This document shows positions 37,025 to 47,035 of a stretch of DNA of 57,557 nt, piece by piece. The stretch comes from Candidatus Eiseniibacteriota bacterium (lineage in GTDB: Bacteria > Eisenbacteria > RBG-16-71-46 > SZUA-252). The stretch spans positions 1 through 57,557 of the forward strand of contig VBOX01000056.1 of NCBI GenBank assembly GCA_005893265.1, given 5' to 3'. Made by a program: the position numbers and the translations under genes. A model generated the notes under the pieces. That model made no database searches, was not told where the DNA came from, and was given only the letters and a program-made list of their open reading frames with translations. Every line of letters begins with the position of its first letter. Position 1 is the stretch's first letter.

Positions 37025-37170
37025 CCGTGCCTCCCGAATCTCGTGGGTCGACATGGCGGGCCTACTCCCTCCCTCCATCCTGGCGGACAGAGGCTCCAAT
37101 GGCATGAAGTGTGCGGACCGTAACAGACTCGCCGACGGAGACGCAAGGTCATTTCTCCTCGGAAGCCGAG

Positions 37171-37199
37171 TTGACAGGCCGGGATACGAGTGCTAGCGT
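37171..37199 (+). promoter_or_regulatory. sigma70-type promoter
   Basis: TTGACA-17 nt-TAGCGT with an extended -10 TG, upstream of the gene at 37251. Confidence 0.6.
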
Positions 37200-37250
37200 G
37201 CCTGAACAGAGATCCATCAGGCATCGCGCCACATGGGAGGGATATCGACC

Positions 37251-37787
37251 ATGATGCGAGCCATCTTGAGGATTCTCGTGCTTTCCGCAAGCAGCGCTCT
37301 GATCAGTCTCCCGGCACTCGCGGCGCCGCCGAGCATACCGGGACAGAGAGCGGAACCCCGTCCCGAAGGCGGCTCCACCCGGTCCGTCCAGGAATTCCAG
37401 GGGCTGGGCGTCGGCCGGCAGCTCGCCACCTTCGCCGGGACCGTCCTGGACATCAACGATCGTCCGATCGCCAACGTCCTAGTGGATCTGTTCATCGATG
37501 GAGCGCTAGCCGGCACGGCCCTCACCGAGGGCACCGGATTCTACGAGATCCAGGTGCCCTACGATTCACGGAGCGACACGACGGTGCTCCTATGGTACGT
37601 GCCGCAGGACCGCGCGCTCTTGCCGAAAGAGCTCGTGATCCGCGAAAGCAAGGCGAGCCAGGCAAACTCCCTCATCTCCCGGTGCGTGCCGCGGGCGACG
37701 CTCACGCCGGGGCACCAGTTCCGCGTCTACATCTTCGACTCCACCAATCGGAACAAGGACCTCGCCGAGCTGAACTGCCTGCCCTAG
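37251..37787 (+). CDS. secreted hypothetical protein with a carboxypeptidase-regulatory-like beta-sandwich
   Basis: Signal peptide ending ALA; G.VLD.N.RPIANV.V...T...G.Y.I pattern; SD GGAGG. Confidence 0.7.
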   Translation: MMRAILRILVLSASSALISLPALAAPPSIPGQRAEPRPEGGSTRSVQEFQGLGVGRQLATFAGTVLDINDRPIANVLVDLFIDGALAGTALTEGTGFYEIQVPYDSRSDTTVLLWYVPQDRALLPKELVIRESKASQANSLISRCVPRATLTPGHQFRVYIFDSTNRNKDLAELNCLP

Positions 37788-37826
37788 CGCGCGATCTCGG
37801 CAAAAGACGATGGAGCGGTGCCCGGG

Positions 37827-39062
37827 TTACGCCGCGCCTCGTTGGAGCGCTAGCGCCTCCTCGAGGGCCCGCAGGCGGTCCCGGGCAAGCCGCTCGACCT
37901 CGGGCGTCAGCGAGGAGTAGCTCAGGAGCTCCTGGCAGACGTACAGGGCACGACCCGGATTGTTGAGCGCCTTCCACTCGATGTCGGCGCACTTGAGAAG
38001 CGCCGTGACGGCGCCCGCCGCTTCCGGGTGGTGCCGCCCGTAGGCCTCGTAGGCGCGGCTCGCGTCGCTCGGCCGGCCCCGTTCTTCGTAGCCGCGTGCC
38101 ACGCGGAGCAGATCCCCGGGCGGGATCGTCACGTCTCCCAAGAGACGCTTCATCTCATCGAACGCGTCGCATGCCTCCTCGATCTCCCCGCGCTTGAGCC
38201 AGCCCGAGATCGCCTCTCGAAAACGCGCCAGCGATTCGGAGCTTTGGTGGGTGACCCGATGAACGCGCGCCGCGCGAATCAGCACCTCGGGGTCGCCCGG
38301 GCGCTTGGCCAGATAGGCCTCGTACTCTCCCAAAGCCGCAAACCATTCCCCTTTCTGCGCGTAACGATCGCCGAGAATGAGGCGCCGCTCGAGACGGCCC
38401 TCCCCGGCCAGCCCCATCAGAAGACCAAGCCCGACGCCGGAACCCAGGCCCGCCAGATGGGAGACGTACGCGGTCCCCTCGACCGGCTCCACCAGCTGAT
38501 AGATCGCCTGAAGCGCGAACCAGGCCGCGATCGCCACCACGGCGGGGAGCGCGAACTTGTTCGCCCTCGTGATGCCCTGGAAATAGAGCAGCGTGACCGA
38601 GGCAAAGCGCAGCCGCACGAAGTAGAGCCTCACCAAGAAGAGCCCCATGACCCCGGCAATCGCCCCGGAGGAGCCCAGGATCGGCGTCGACGCGAGATCG
38701 GGTGCCGCGGCCAACATCCAGCCGGCCTGGGCGAGATTCGCGAGCCCGGCGAATCCCAGGTAGGCGATGAGAAACCGCGTGGTGCCGAGGCGGGACTCGA
38801 TTGGCGGCGCGAGGATCCCCAAATAGAGCAGGTTGCTGAGCAGGTGAACCCAGCCCGCGTGTAGAAAGGAGGAGGTAATGGAGGTGATCATCGACGGTTC
38901 GCCGGGAAGGAGCGTCAATCGGTAGAATTCAGGCTCGAATCCCGGCGCAAGCCTGAAAAAGAGAAACGCGCCGACGTTGGCGCACGCCAAAGCGATCGTC
39001 CCCCAAGGCGTGCCCCGGACGCGGGCTTCGGTACCGACCGGGATGTAGAAGAAGTAGTACAT
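37827..39062 (-). CDS. rhomboid intramembrane serine protease with a C-terminal TPR-like region
   Basis: FLHAGW.HL.SN, GSSGAI (Ser), SHLAG (His), followed by helical repeats. Confidence 0.88.
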   Translation of the reverse strand: MYYFFYIPVGTEARVRGTPWGTIALACANVGAFLFFRLAPGFEPEFYRLTLLPGEPSMITSITSSFLHAGWVHLLSNLLYLGILAPPIESRLGTTRFLIAYLGFAGLANLAQAGWMLAAAPDLASTPILGSSGAIAGVMGLFLVRLYFVRLRFASVTLLYFQGITRANKFALPAVVAIAAWFALQAIYQLVEPVEGTAYVSHLAGLGSGVGLGLLMGLAGEGRLERRLILGDRYAQKGEWFAALGEYEAYLAKRPGDPEVLIRAARVHRVTHQSSESLARFREAISGWLKRGEIEEACDAFDEMKRLLGDVTIPPGDLLRVARGYEERGRPSDASRAYEAYGRHHPEAAGAVTALLKCADIEWKALNNPGRALYVCQELLSYSSLTPEVERLARDRLRALEEALALQRGAA

Positions 39063-39064
39063 GC

Positions 39065-39093
39065 TTGATTGATGTCTCCCTCTTCTCTACACT
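39065..39093 (+). promoter_or_regulatory. sigma70-type promoter for gdhA
   Basis: TTGATT-17 nt-TACACT. Confidence 0.5.
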
Positions 39094-39188
39094 ACCGCGG
39101 GCTCAAAAATGAAGCACATTCGTGACTTAGCGCCCTCCAACCAGGGAATCCAGAGACGGCGACGGTGACCCCTTTCGCAGGATCGGAC

Positions 39189-40451
39189 ATGGGCTCCGAG
39201 CTCCAAAAGGAGCTGGACCCCCTCGAAAACGCGAGGCTCCAATTCGAGGAAGCGGCGCAACGGCTCAAGCTCGATCCGAGCTTCGTGCAGATCATCAAGG
39301 AGCCGCGCCGCGCGACGATCGTCAAGCTCCCGGTCCAAATGGATGACGGGACCTTCCGCGTCTTCACCGGATACCGCGTGCAGCACTCCATCATCCGCGG
39401 CCCCGCCAAAGGCGGGATCCGCTACCACCCGGACGTCAACCTCGATGAGATCATGGCGCTGGCCGCCTGGATGACCTGGAAATGCGCGGTCGTCGGGATT
39501 CCGTTCGGGGGCGGCAAGGGGGGCATCGCGTGCGACCCCGCGAAGATGTCCCAGGGCGAGCTGGAGCGGCTCACCCGCCGCTACGTCGCGGACTTGATCG
39601 ACGTGATCGGGCCGGAGTCGGATGTGCCCGCACCCGACGTCAACACGAACGAGCAGACGATGGCCTGGATCATGGACACCTATTCCATGCACGCGCGTCA
39701 TACCGTCACCTCGGTGGTGACCGGCAAGCCGCTGGAGCTGGGTGGTTCCGCGGGTCGCCGCGAGGCGACCGGCCGGGGGGTCCTCTTCGTCATCCGCGAG
39801 GCCGCGAAGAAGATCGGCCTCAGCTTGAAGGGCGCCAAGGTCGTCGTGCAGGGGTTCGGGAACGTGGGCTCGGTCGCGGCGGACCTCCTCGTCAAGGACG
39901 GGGCGCTGATCGTAGGCGTGAGCGACGTCAAAGGAGGCGTCGGGAACCCGAAAGGGCTCGATTTGCCCGCTCTCATGGGCCATCTCTCCGAAAAGAAAAC
40001 GGTGGCCGGGTTTCCGGGCGGGACCCCGGTCGAGGGGAAGAAGATCCTGGAGCTCCCGTGCGATATCCTCATTCCGGCCGCCCTCGAGAATCAAATCACC
40101 CACGTGAATGCGTCGCGCCTCTCCGCCCGCATCATCGCCGAGGGCGCGAACGGCCCCACGACCCACCAGGCGGACAAGATCTTGAACAAGGCGGGCGTGA
40201 TGGTCATCCCGGATATCCTCGCGAACTCCGGAGGCGTCACGGTCTCCTACTTCGAGTGGGTCCAGGACCGCCAGGGCTATTTCTGGCGCGAGCACGAGGT
40301 GAACGAACGCCTGGAGCACATCATGGTCACCGCGTTCAACGACGTCGCGAGGATGGCCGAAGAGCACAAGGTCTCGCTCCGGGTCGCCGCCTTCATGCTG
40401 GCAATCAAGCGCGTCGTGGACGCGATCCAGCTCCGCGGGGTGTACGCCTAG
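39189..40451 (+). CDS. gdhA: glutamate dehydrogenase (Glu/Leu/Phe/Val family)
   Basis: [46 protein letters not shown]. Confidence 0.95.
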   Translation: MGSELQKELDPLENARLQFEEAAQRLKLDPSFVQIIKEPRRATIVKLPVQMDDGTFRVFTGYRVQHSIIRGPAKGGIRYHPDVNLDEIMALAAWMTWKCAVVGIPFGGGKGGIACDPAKMSQGELERLTRRYVADLIDVIGPESDVPAPDVNTNEQTMAWIMDTYSMHARHTVTSVVTGKPLELGGSAGRREATGRGVLFVIREAAKKIGLSLKGAKVVVQGFGNVGSVAADLLVKDGALIVGVSDVKGGVGNPKGLDLPALMGHLSEKKTVAGFPGGTPVEGKKILELPCDILIPAALENQITHVNASRLSARIIAEGANGPTTHQADKILNKAGVMVIPDILANSGGVTVSYFEWVQDRQGYFWREHEVNERLEHIMVTAFNDVARMAEEHKVSLRVAAFMLAIKRVVDAIQLRGVYA

Positions 40452-41375
40452 TCAGGACACCAGCCCCTCGTCGAACGTGAGGCGCCCGCGGCGCGGCTCG
40501 AGGGTAGCGTGCGCGCCCAGCGGCAATGGAAGGTTACGCCGTCCGTGCCCGGCGTGAAGCCCCGCGAGAACCGGAACGCCCAACTCCCCCAGACGATCGC
40601 GCAGGACCTCGCTCAATCTCAGCTCGCGGTGCTTCGGTTTTGGCACGCAGTTGATGAAGCTCCCGAGGGCCACCCCACGGGTACCGCGGAGCGCGCCCGC
40701 CAGAGAGAGATGCGTGAGCAAGGCGTCGATCTTGTACGGCGGCTCGTTGACCTCTTCCAAGAAGACAATCGCTCCGCGGAAGGAGGGAATGAACGGCGTC
40801 CCTGTAGCGTGGTTGACCAGGGCCAGATTGCCGCCCAGCACGTGCCCGGATGCCGAAGCGCGCCCGCCCGCCACCCGTCGCGGGACCGCCAACGATCGGA
40901 TTCCAAGCGCGGGGCTCGGGTTCGAAAGCCATGTGAGCCATCGGCTGATTTCCCCTCGCCGCCCGAAGCCCAGGCCGTGCAGGTTCGGCCCGTGGAGCGT
41001 GCGAACCCCCGCGTGAGCCTGAAAGCCGAGGTGCAGGAAGGTCGCGTCCGAGTACCCCGCGAAGATCTTCGGGTCGCGGCGCATCGCGTTCCAATCCACT
41101 TGGGTGGCGATTCGCATCGCCCCATAGCCGCCCCGGGCCATGAGCACGCACCGGACGTCCGGATCGCGGAGCATCCGGTTGAGATCCTCCGCGCGCGCGG
41201 CGTCCGTTCCCGCGAGATGGCCCCGCCGGTCGTAGAGATGCCGCCCGAGCTTGGGGCGATAGCCCGCCTGTTCCAGGACTTGGAGCCCCGCGACGACGTA
41301 CCGGTGCAGCACCGGCCCCGACGGAGCGACGATGCCGATCCGGTCCCCTGGGCGTAACCGGGGCGGCGCCTTCAT
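40452..41375 (-). CDS. ldcA: LD-carboxypeptidase (S66)
   Basis: RGGYG, GYSD (Ser), GGNL, LEEV.E, GHG (His). ATGA overlap with dacB. Confidence 0.93.
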   Translation of the reverse strand: MKAPPRLRPGDRIGIVAPSGPVLHRYVVAGLQVLEQAGYRPKLGRHLYDRRGHLAGTDAARAEDLNRMLRDPDVRCVLMARGGYGAMRIATQVDWNAMRRDPKIFAGYSDATFLHLGFQAHAGVRTLHGPNLHGLGFGRRGEISRWLTWLSNPSPALGIRSLAVPRRVAGGRASASGHVLGGNLALVNHATGTPFIPSFRGAIVFLEEVNEPPYKIDALLTHLSLAGALRGTRGVALGSFINCVPKPKHRELRLSEVLRDRLGELGVPVLAGLHAGHGRRNLPLPLGAHATLEPRRGRLTFDEGLVS

Positions 41376-42979
41376 CGTGGGATCATCCTTGGCGTCGCGC
41401 CTCCAGGCGCTGTCCCCGACTCCGCTCCTCTTCGATACCGGCTGAGAGCGCCGACGATGGCCTCTTCCGCGGCTCGGGCTGAAGCGACGCCCCCCCGGTT
41501 CCCGTTGCTCAGGATCGAGAACACGATCCGCTCTCCCTCGGCGGAGGTCACATATCCCGAGAGCGCGCTCACGTTGGTGAGCGTTCCCGATTTGGCCCGG
41601 AGCGACGCCTCCGGGCCCAGGTCCGGAAACCGGCGTTGGAGGGTCCCCACGCCACCAGGAACGGCGAGGGTTTCGCGAAAGACCTTGCTCAGCGTGGAGT
41701 CCTGTCCGAGATACGCGAGCCATCGAACGAACGCGCGCGGCGTCGCGAGATTGAGCGGCGATAACCCGGATCCGTCCACGAACGAGAGATCGAGAGTATC
41801 CACGCCCGCCTCCGCCAGCATCGATGAAAGCTTGCGCAGGCCCTGCGCGGCGGTTTTCCCGGCCGGGGCGGGATCGAGGAGACGCAGCAATGCCTCCGTC
41901 TCGACGTTCAGGCTGTACGCATCCACCATGGAAACGACTTCCGACGCCGGGGGGGACGAGAGGCTCGTCAACGTCACCGGATCCTTGGAGCCGGGCCGCC
42001 TGCCGTTCGCCGGCATGGTCGCGACTGTCCCCTTGACCTTGATCCCCGCCCGCCTCATCGCGCCTAAGAGTACGAGCCCGGCCGTGGAATCGGGCTCAGG
42101 CACGGCGACCTGGCGCTTGGCCACGCCGCCGCGCGGAACCCGCCCGCTGACGCGTAGAACTCGCGAGCCCGGGTCCCGTGAGATCGAGAGCACGGGTGCC
42201 GACGAGGAATCCACGAGCGACAGCCGGCCCTCCATCTTGAGCGGCGTCTCGGGGGGATCCAAGGAGAGCACGACGCCGGTTGGGGTCGCGGTCGCCAGGA
42301 GAGTCGCGGCGTTACCGTTCGCGAGCACCGAATTCAGCGGAGCCCCGTAGGACCACGGCAGGTCGTCGACCGCCCACCCCGGCCCGTACGGCTCGCGGGC
42401 GAAGAGGGTCCCATCCACCCAAACCGTGCCCTCGAATTTTCGCATCCCCGACTCGTAGAGCAGATAGGCGAGCGAATCGAGAAGGCCCCGGGAACCCGGT
42501 TTGAGCAGCTGGTACACGTCGGGGTATCCCGATCCACGCAGGATCAGATCCCCCTTGAGCGCGAGCTCGCGCCTCCCCTTGCTTCGGTCGAGCTTGCCTA
42601 CCGCCGCGATGTCCGCGAGCCCGCGCGCGTCCGGCCCGAATTGCTTGAGGAACGCTCCGGTCACGAAGAGCTTCATGTTGCTCGCCGGGATGAAACGGCC
42701 CTCCGGGTTCAGCCCGAGCAGGGTATCTCCCCGATCGAGAGATACCGCGAGGATGCCGACGTGGGAGCGCGCCGCCGCCTCCGTGCCGAAGCGAAGCGAA
42801 TCGGCGAGCGGTCCGGAGGGTACGTCGCACGCCGCGAAGACATGGCCGTCCCACCCAAGAATCGCCGAGAGGACCGGAACGAGGAGCAAGAGAGCCGCGG
42901 CGGCTCGCCTGCGCAGCGAACCGGGGCGGACCAGGAAGGGCCCGCCCCGGGAAAGGCTAGCAGCTCGCGGCCAGCTCAA
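41372..42979 (-). CDS. dacB: D-Ala-D-Ala carboxypeptidase/endopeptidase (PBP4, S13)
   Basis: PASNMK, SLN, DGSGLS..N, AKSGTL. The TTG start overlaps the porV TGA. Confidence 0.9.
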   Translation of the reverse strand: MSWPRAASLSRGGPFLVRPGSLRRRAAAALLLLVPVLSAILGWDGHVFAACDVPSGPLADSLRFGTEAAARSHVGILAVSLDRGDTLLGLNPEGRFIPASNMKLFVTGAFLKQFGPDARGLADIAAVGKLDRSKGRRELALKGDLILRGSGYPDVYQLLKPGSRGLLDSLAYLLYESGMRKFEGTVWVDGTLFAREPYGPGWAVDDLPWSYGAPLNSVLANGNAATLLATATPTGVVLSLDPPETPLKMEGRLSLVDSSSAPVLSISRDPGSRVLRVSGRVPRGGVAKRQVAVPEPDSTAGLVLLGAMRRAGIKVKGTVATMPANGRRPGSKDPVTLTSLSSPPASEVVSMVDAYSLNVETEALLRLLDPAPAGKTAAQGLRKLSSMLAEAGVDTLDLSFVDGSGLSPLNLATPRAFVRWLAYLGQDSTLSKVFRETLAVPGGVGTLQRRFPDLGPEASLRAKSGTLTNVSALSGYVTSAEGERIVFSILSNGNRGGVASARAAEEAIVGALSRYRRGAESGTAPGGATPRMIPR

Positions 42980-43925
42980 AACGCGATTTTGAGCGAGACC
43001 TGCTGATTGTCGTCGAAGAATTCGCCCATGTGGGTTCCCGCCCAATCGAAGCTCAGGGGACGGTCGCCCATTTTGAAATTGAGCCCGGCACCGTAGCTAT
43101 AGCTATAGAGGTAGTCCGGCTGCCGGTCCGCTTCATTGAGCGCAGCCTGACCCACGTAGCCCCCCCTCAGGGCGATGTGCTCGCCGAGCATGTTTCGTAG
43201 GAGACTCCGATCTGCATAAACGACGGCAGCTCGAAGTCCGTCGGCTCGAGTCGAACCACGTGAGGCTGAGCCGAGGGGTCATCGCCCGGAAGAATGAACC
43301 TCTGCTCGAAGTCAGGACCGCTGAAACGCATGTTGGGGCCGACATTCTTCATCGCAAATCCGAACCTGAGCCCGCGCCAGCCCGGGTCGTATTGGACTCC
43401 GAAATCCATGGCAAGACCGGTCGCGGAGGTCTGCGCGATCTTTTCATTGATGTAGCTCGCCGTAAATCCCAGCATGACCCTGTCGGTCATCCGGCGACCG
43501 TACGACAATCCGAATACGGAATACGTCGGATTGAGGATCTCCCCCGTTCCCTCCGGCGCGTCCTCCGTGGTGACGATGATGTCTCCAATGTTCAGCACCT
43601 TGAGCGAGAACGCCACATTCCCGGCGGACCCCAGCTTCGTGGAGACAACCCCATAGTTCACCTTGGTATCCGCGATGTAGCTGCTGTAGGCGACCATCGC
43701 CTCCGCGTTGTCGGTCGCGGCGAGCGATGCCGGGTTGTAGTAAAGATTGGCGATGCCATTGCCGAGCGCCGTCGACGCCCCGCTCATGGCGATCGCAGCG
43801 GCTCCCACCGGGATGCGCAGCTCCTGCGCTCCGGCTGTTCCGAGCCGGTCGAGCCCCCCAGCCTCCGCGCTTCCTGCGATGCCGAGCAGCGCGAGCGGGA
43901 GGACGATCACAAGAAAGGCCCTCAT
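42976..43925 (-). CDS. PorV/PorQ family outer-membrane protein, interrupted near 43193
   Basis: Signal peptide, GTAGAQEL.IPVGA..IAM.GA...YYNPA plug, beta-strands. The C-terminal IALRGGY...SLKIAF part is in another frame. Confidence 0.8.
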
Positions 43926-43987
43926 GTCCCTGACCCTCCGTCCATGGGAAGGAATTGTCGTAGGTTTCATAGCGATCGGGCCCCCCA

Positions 43988-46972
43988 TTAGAAGTTGTCC
44001 AACCGCTCTTTTTCTATGAATACGGCGAGTCGATCTGTTTTCGTGCCGACGCCCTCGACCTCAACGCGGTAGATGTAGACGCCGCTCCCGACGGGGAGAC
44101 GGTTGTCCGTGTGCAGATCCCACACGATTTCAGCACGCGACATGTCGTCGCCGGCCGAGGCGGACCTGCGTATGGTCCGGACGAGATCCCCTGACAGGTT
44201 GAAGATTCGGATGGTCACGTTACGGGACGCTGGAATGTTGGTGAACTTCATGACGCGGTCGAACTGGGTCAGCTCGTACTGGGAGTGCGCGTAGTACGGG
44301 TTCGGAACCGCGAGGATCTTCTTCATGTCGTTTTTCACGATGGTGCCCGGGGCCGAGCCGGAGGGAACCGCCCTGAACTCGAACGTGTCGCCCGTACAGA
44401 GGCTACCGCCCCGGACCCGGAAGCGGCCGCCGGGAAGCGGGTACGTGATCGCCCCGGTGCCCCCCGCGGCCTTGTAGAGCGTGAACCTCCCCAGCGTCTG
44501 GTCGTCGTTTGCAGGGTTGTAATCGGTCGACTTGATGCCGGGCGTCCCCCACGCTACCGAGGCGAACGGGATCCTCCGGATGTAGACCGCGTCGCCAAAG
44601 GTGAAGGTGCCACTGGCGTCGCGGTCGCGCACCATGATCGACATCTTCGCGTCGTCCGAGGGGTCCTCGTACGAGCACTGGCCCAGGTCGTAAACCTCCC
44701 ACGGCACGTTGAACGTGGCCTGTTTCGATGTATCGCCGCCGGCGTATGCCCAGGCCGGCTCCGAGGCCGTGGGAAGCAGCCGGAGCAGGTAATCGTGCTG
44801 GACCGCATCGGCGAAGTTGAAGTTGAGGATGTCGTACGGAACGATGTAGTTTTTCAAGAGGATCGTGCCCGAGGAGTCCACCTGCGCTCCACCCGCCATG
44901 TTGAGGGAGTCCGCAGCGCCCAAAAGACCTGTGCCCCCCTCGAGTTGGTCGATCATCGAGGGGTTTGTCGGGGCGGGATTGACGGTCGTGATGAAGCCTC
45001 TCACGACAGGCGAGTCGAACCCGCCCGTGCTGGGATTGCCGGGACCTGTGAACAGCGTGTCTCCGGATGCCACGCTGATGATCGCCCAGTTACCGCTCGG
45101 GAGGAGCACGACGTGGTACAGGGAATCGCTCACCGCGCCGACCTGACTCACCTGAAGGGTGGCGCCCACCACCTCGGTGCCGATCTGCCGGCCCGTGACC
45201 GTGTAGACCGCGTTACTCCCTCGCGGGGTTGCGGTCACCACGTTGAACCCGCTCTCGAGCACGTCGGTGAGGGTGCCGACCTGGTTGACCCCGACGAAAT
45301 AGGGCGCGACGTTCATGGTGTCCAGCGCAAACGACGTGACCGCGAAATAGTATGGCTTGTTATTGATCAGGCGGCCGCCGTGGAAGCCGTCCGAACTGAT
45401 GTCCAGCTGGAACCGCAGCCCCTCGTCCGTCCCTTTGATCACTTCCAAACGCTCGACCGCTCCCACCTGAGAATTGAAGAGGTCGCTGTAGAGGGCCGCG
45501 TACCCGTCCCCAGAGACATCATACGTGGCGAGGACCTTGGCCTCTCTGAACCCTCCGCTCGACGGAAGCTGCCAGACGCGGAAGCCCTCGAACACGTAGT
45601 CCTGCTTGAGAAACACATTCGCCGAGTGCGTGCCCACCGGCGTTTGGTCCCAGATCAGCCGGACCGATCGATCAAGATCCTGCACGTAGACGGTCGGGTT
45701 GGGGGGAGGCGCGGGAATGTCAAAATTAAGATCGAAAACAATCTGGGCTTGCTTGTCCTTTTCCTTGAGGTCCGTGATCGACGAGAGCCGATCGTTCCCC
45801 TGCCCGACGATGATCGCGATCGTCACCTCCTGCGAGTCCCCGGGCGCCATTGTGAAAGGCCCGGTGGACAGCTGGAGACGGCGGTCTGCCGGGCTCGAAT
45901 CGAGCCAACCGGTGCCGGCCACCGGGTCGCCGGGAACTTGGAAACGGGTGATCGCTTGGGCCGTGTCGTTGAACAGGTGCACCGGTGTTCCGTTTGCGTT
46001 GAGCCCCTGCATATAGTTGTACGTCTGATCGGCGCCGCGGGGATCCGTCCCGTTGATGTACTTGTTGAACGACGTCATCCCCAGGGTATCGAAAACGCCC
46101 GGCGTCCCCGAGGGCACGATCGGACCCCGGAAGAAATCGTAGCCCACCGCGGGCGGCGTGCCCCCGTACTGCTGATCGGCGTTGGTCGCGTTGTAGCAGA
46201 AGCCGAGGCTCCGCGTGGTGTCGCAGCCGACGAGGTCGTCCGTGAACCCGCCAAGGTCGGGGTCGCTCCAGGCGGAGACGTACATGCTGTCGAGCGTATT
46301 CCCGCCCTTGTTGAACAGCTTGTAGCGCACGAAGATGATGTTCCCGAGCGCTCCCGACCGGTTGAACGCGAACGTCGTCTGCTGGATCTCGACCCCGAGC
46401 GGCTCCGTTGAGCCGGCGAGGTTGCTGTGCACGTCGGGGTCCGCGTCGTTGTAGACGCTCCAGATCATCATGTCGCCCACGAGTGCCGGCGCCCCGGTCG
46501 AATCGACTGGAGCGCCTTGATCCACGGGCCAATTCAGGTAATCGGCGCTCGTCTTGTCACCTCGGACGATCTTGTAGTTCTTGAAGCGCGGGCTGTCCGT
46601 TTGGAACGTGCCGTTCAACATCGGACCCGGCACGTACTCCTGCGAGTACTCACCCACGGCGACGCGCACTTGGCCGTTCACCTTCGCGCCGATCCATGGA
46701 CCTGCCGCGAAGACCGCCGTCTTGGTCGATCCCTTCGGGTAGAAGAACCCCGCGGCCTGGCTCGTCAGCTCCTCAGCGAACGAGCCGTGGTTCGTGACGA
46801 TCATATCGATGTTGTTCGCATCGATATGGGTCTTGTTGTCCAGAATGGTGGCGGCTCGGCGGGGCACCGTGCGGCGGTTTGGCCCCGCCACCGGTTTCGC
46901 CGCGGCCGCCGCGTCCGAAGCGGCGACCAGCAAGATCAGGCACGCCGTTCCCAGCCAACACAGAAATCGCAT
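43988..46972 (-). CDS. large secreted protein with an FN3-like module and a T9SS-like/FlgD-Ig C-terminal domain
   Basis: Signal peptide. C-terminus AVPNPYY...FTNIP...TIRIFNLSGDLVRTI...WDL.T.N...GSGVYIY. SD GGAGG before ATG 46972. Confidence 0.8.
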   Translation of the reverse strand: MRFLCWLGTACLILLVAASDAAAAAKPVAGPNRRTVPRRAATILDNKTHIDANNIDMIVTNHGSFAEELTSQAAGFFYPKGSTKTAVFAAGPWIGAKVNGQVRVAVGEYSQEYVPGPMLNGTFQTDSPRFKNYKIVRGDKTSADYLNWPVDQGAPVDSTGAPALVGDMMIWSVYNDADPDVHSNLAGSTEPLGVEIQQTTFAFNRSGALGNIIFVRYKLFNKGGNTLDSMYVSAWSDPDLGGFTDDLVGCDTTRSLGFCYNATNADQQYGGTPPAVGYDFFRGPIVPSGTPGVFDTLGMTSFNKYINGTDPRGADQTYNYMQGLNANGTPVHLFNDTAQAITRFQVPGDPVAGTGWLDSSPADRRLQLSTGPFTMAPGDSQEVTIAIIVGQGNDRLSSITDLKEKDKQAQIVFDLNFDIPAPPPNPTVYVQDLDRSVRLIWDQTPVGTHSANVFLKQDYVFEGFRVWQLPSSGGFREAKVLATYDVSGDGYAALYSDLFNSQVGAVERLEVIKGTDEGLRFQLDISSDGFHGGRLINNKPYYFAVTSFALDTMNVAPYFVGVNQVGTLTDVLESGFNVVTATPRGSNAVYTVTGRQIGTEVVGATLQVSQVGAVSDSLYHVVLLPSGNWAIISVASGDTLFTGPGNPSTGGFDSPVVRGFITTVNPAPTNPSMIDQLEGGTGLLGAADSLNMAGGAQVDSSGTILLKNYIVPYDILNFNFADAVQHDYLLRLLPTASEPAWAYAGGDTSKQATFNVPWEVYDLGQCSYEDPSDDAKMSIMVRDRDASGTFTFGDAVYIRRIPFASVAWGTPGIKSTDYNPANDDQTLGRFTLYKAAGGTGAITYPLPGGRFRVRGGSLCTGDTFEFRAVPSGSAPGTIVKNDMKKILAVPNPYYAHSQYELTQFDRVMKFTNIPASRNVTIRIFNLSGDLVRTIRRSASAGDDMSRAEIVWDLHTDNRLPVGSGVYIYRVEVEGVGTKTDRLAVFIEKERLDNF

Positions 46973-47035
46973 CGTGTTCACCCTCCGTGGCTTCGTCAAA
47001 CTTGACCCCACTGCCGCGATGGAGCTCCGCATGGC

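Noticed and set aside
39087-40367. 426-aa ORF antisense to gdhA
   Set aside because: Codon-mirror shadow ORF; the plus-strand protein carries all the GDH motifs.
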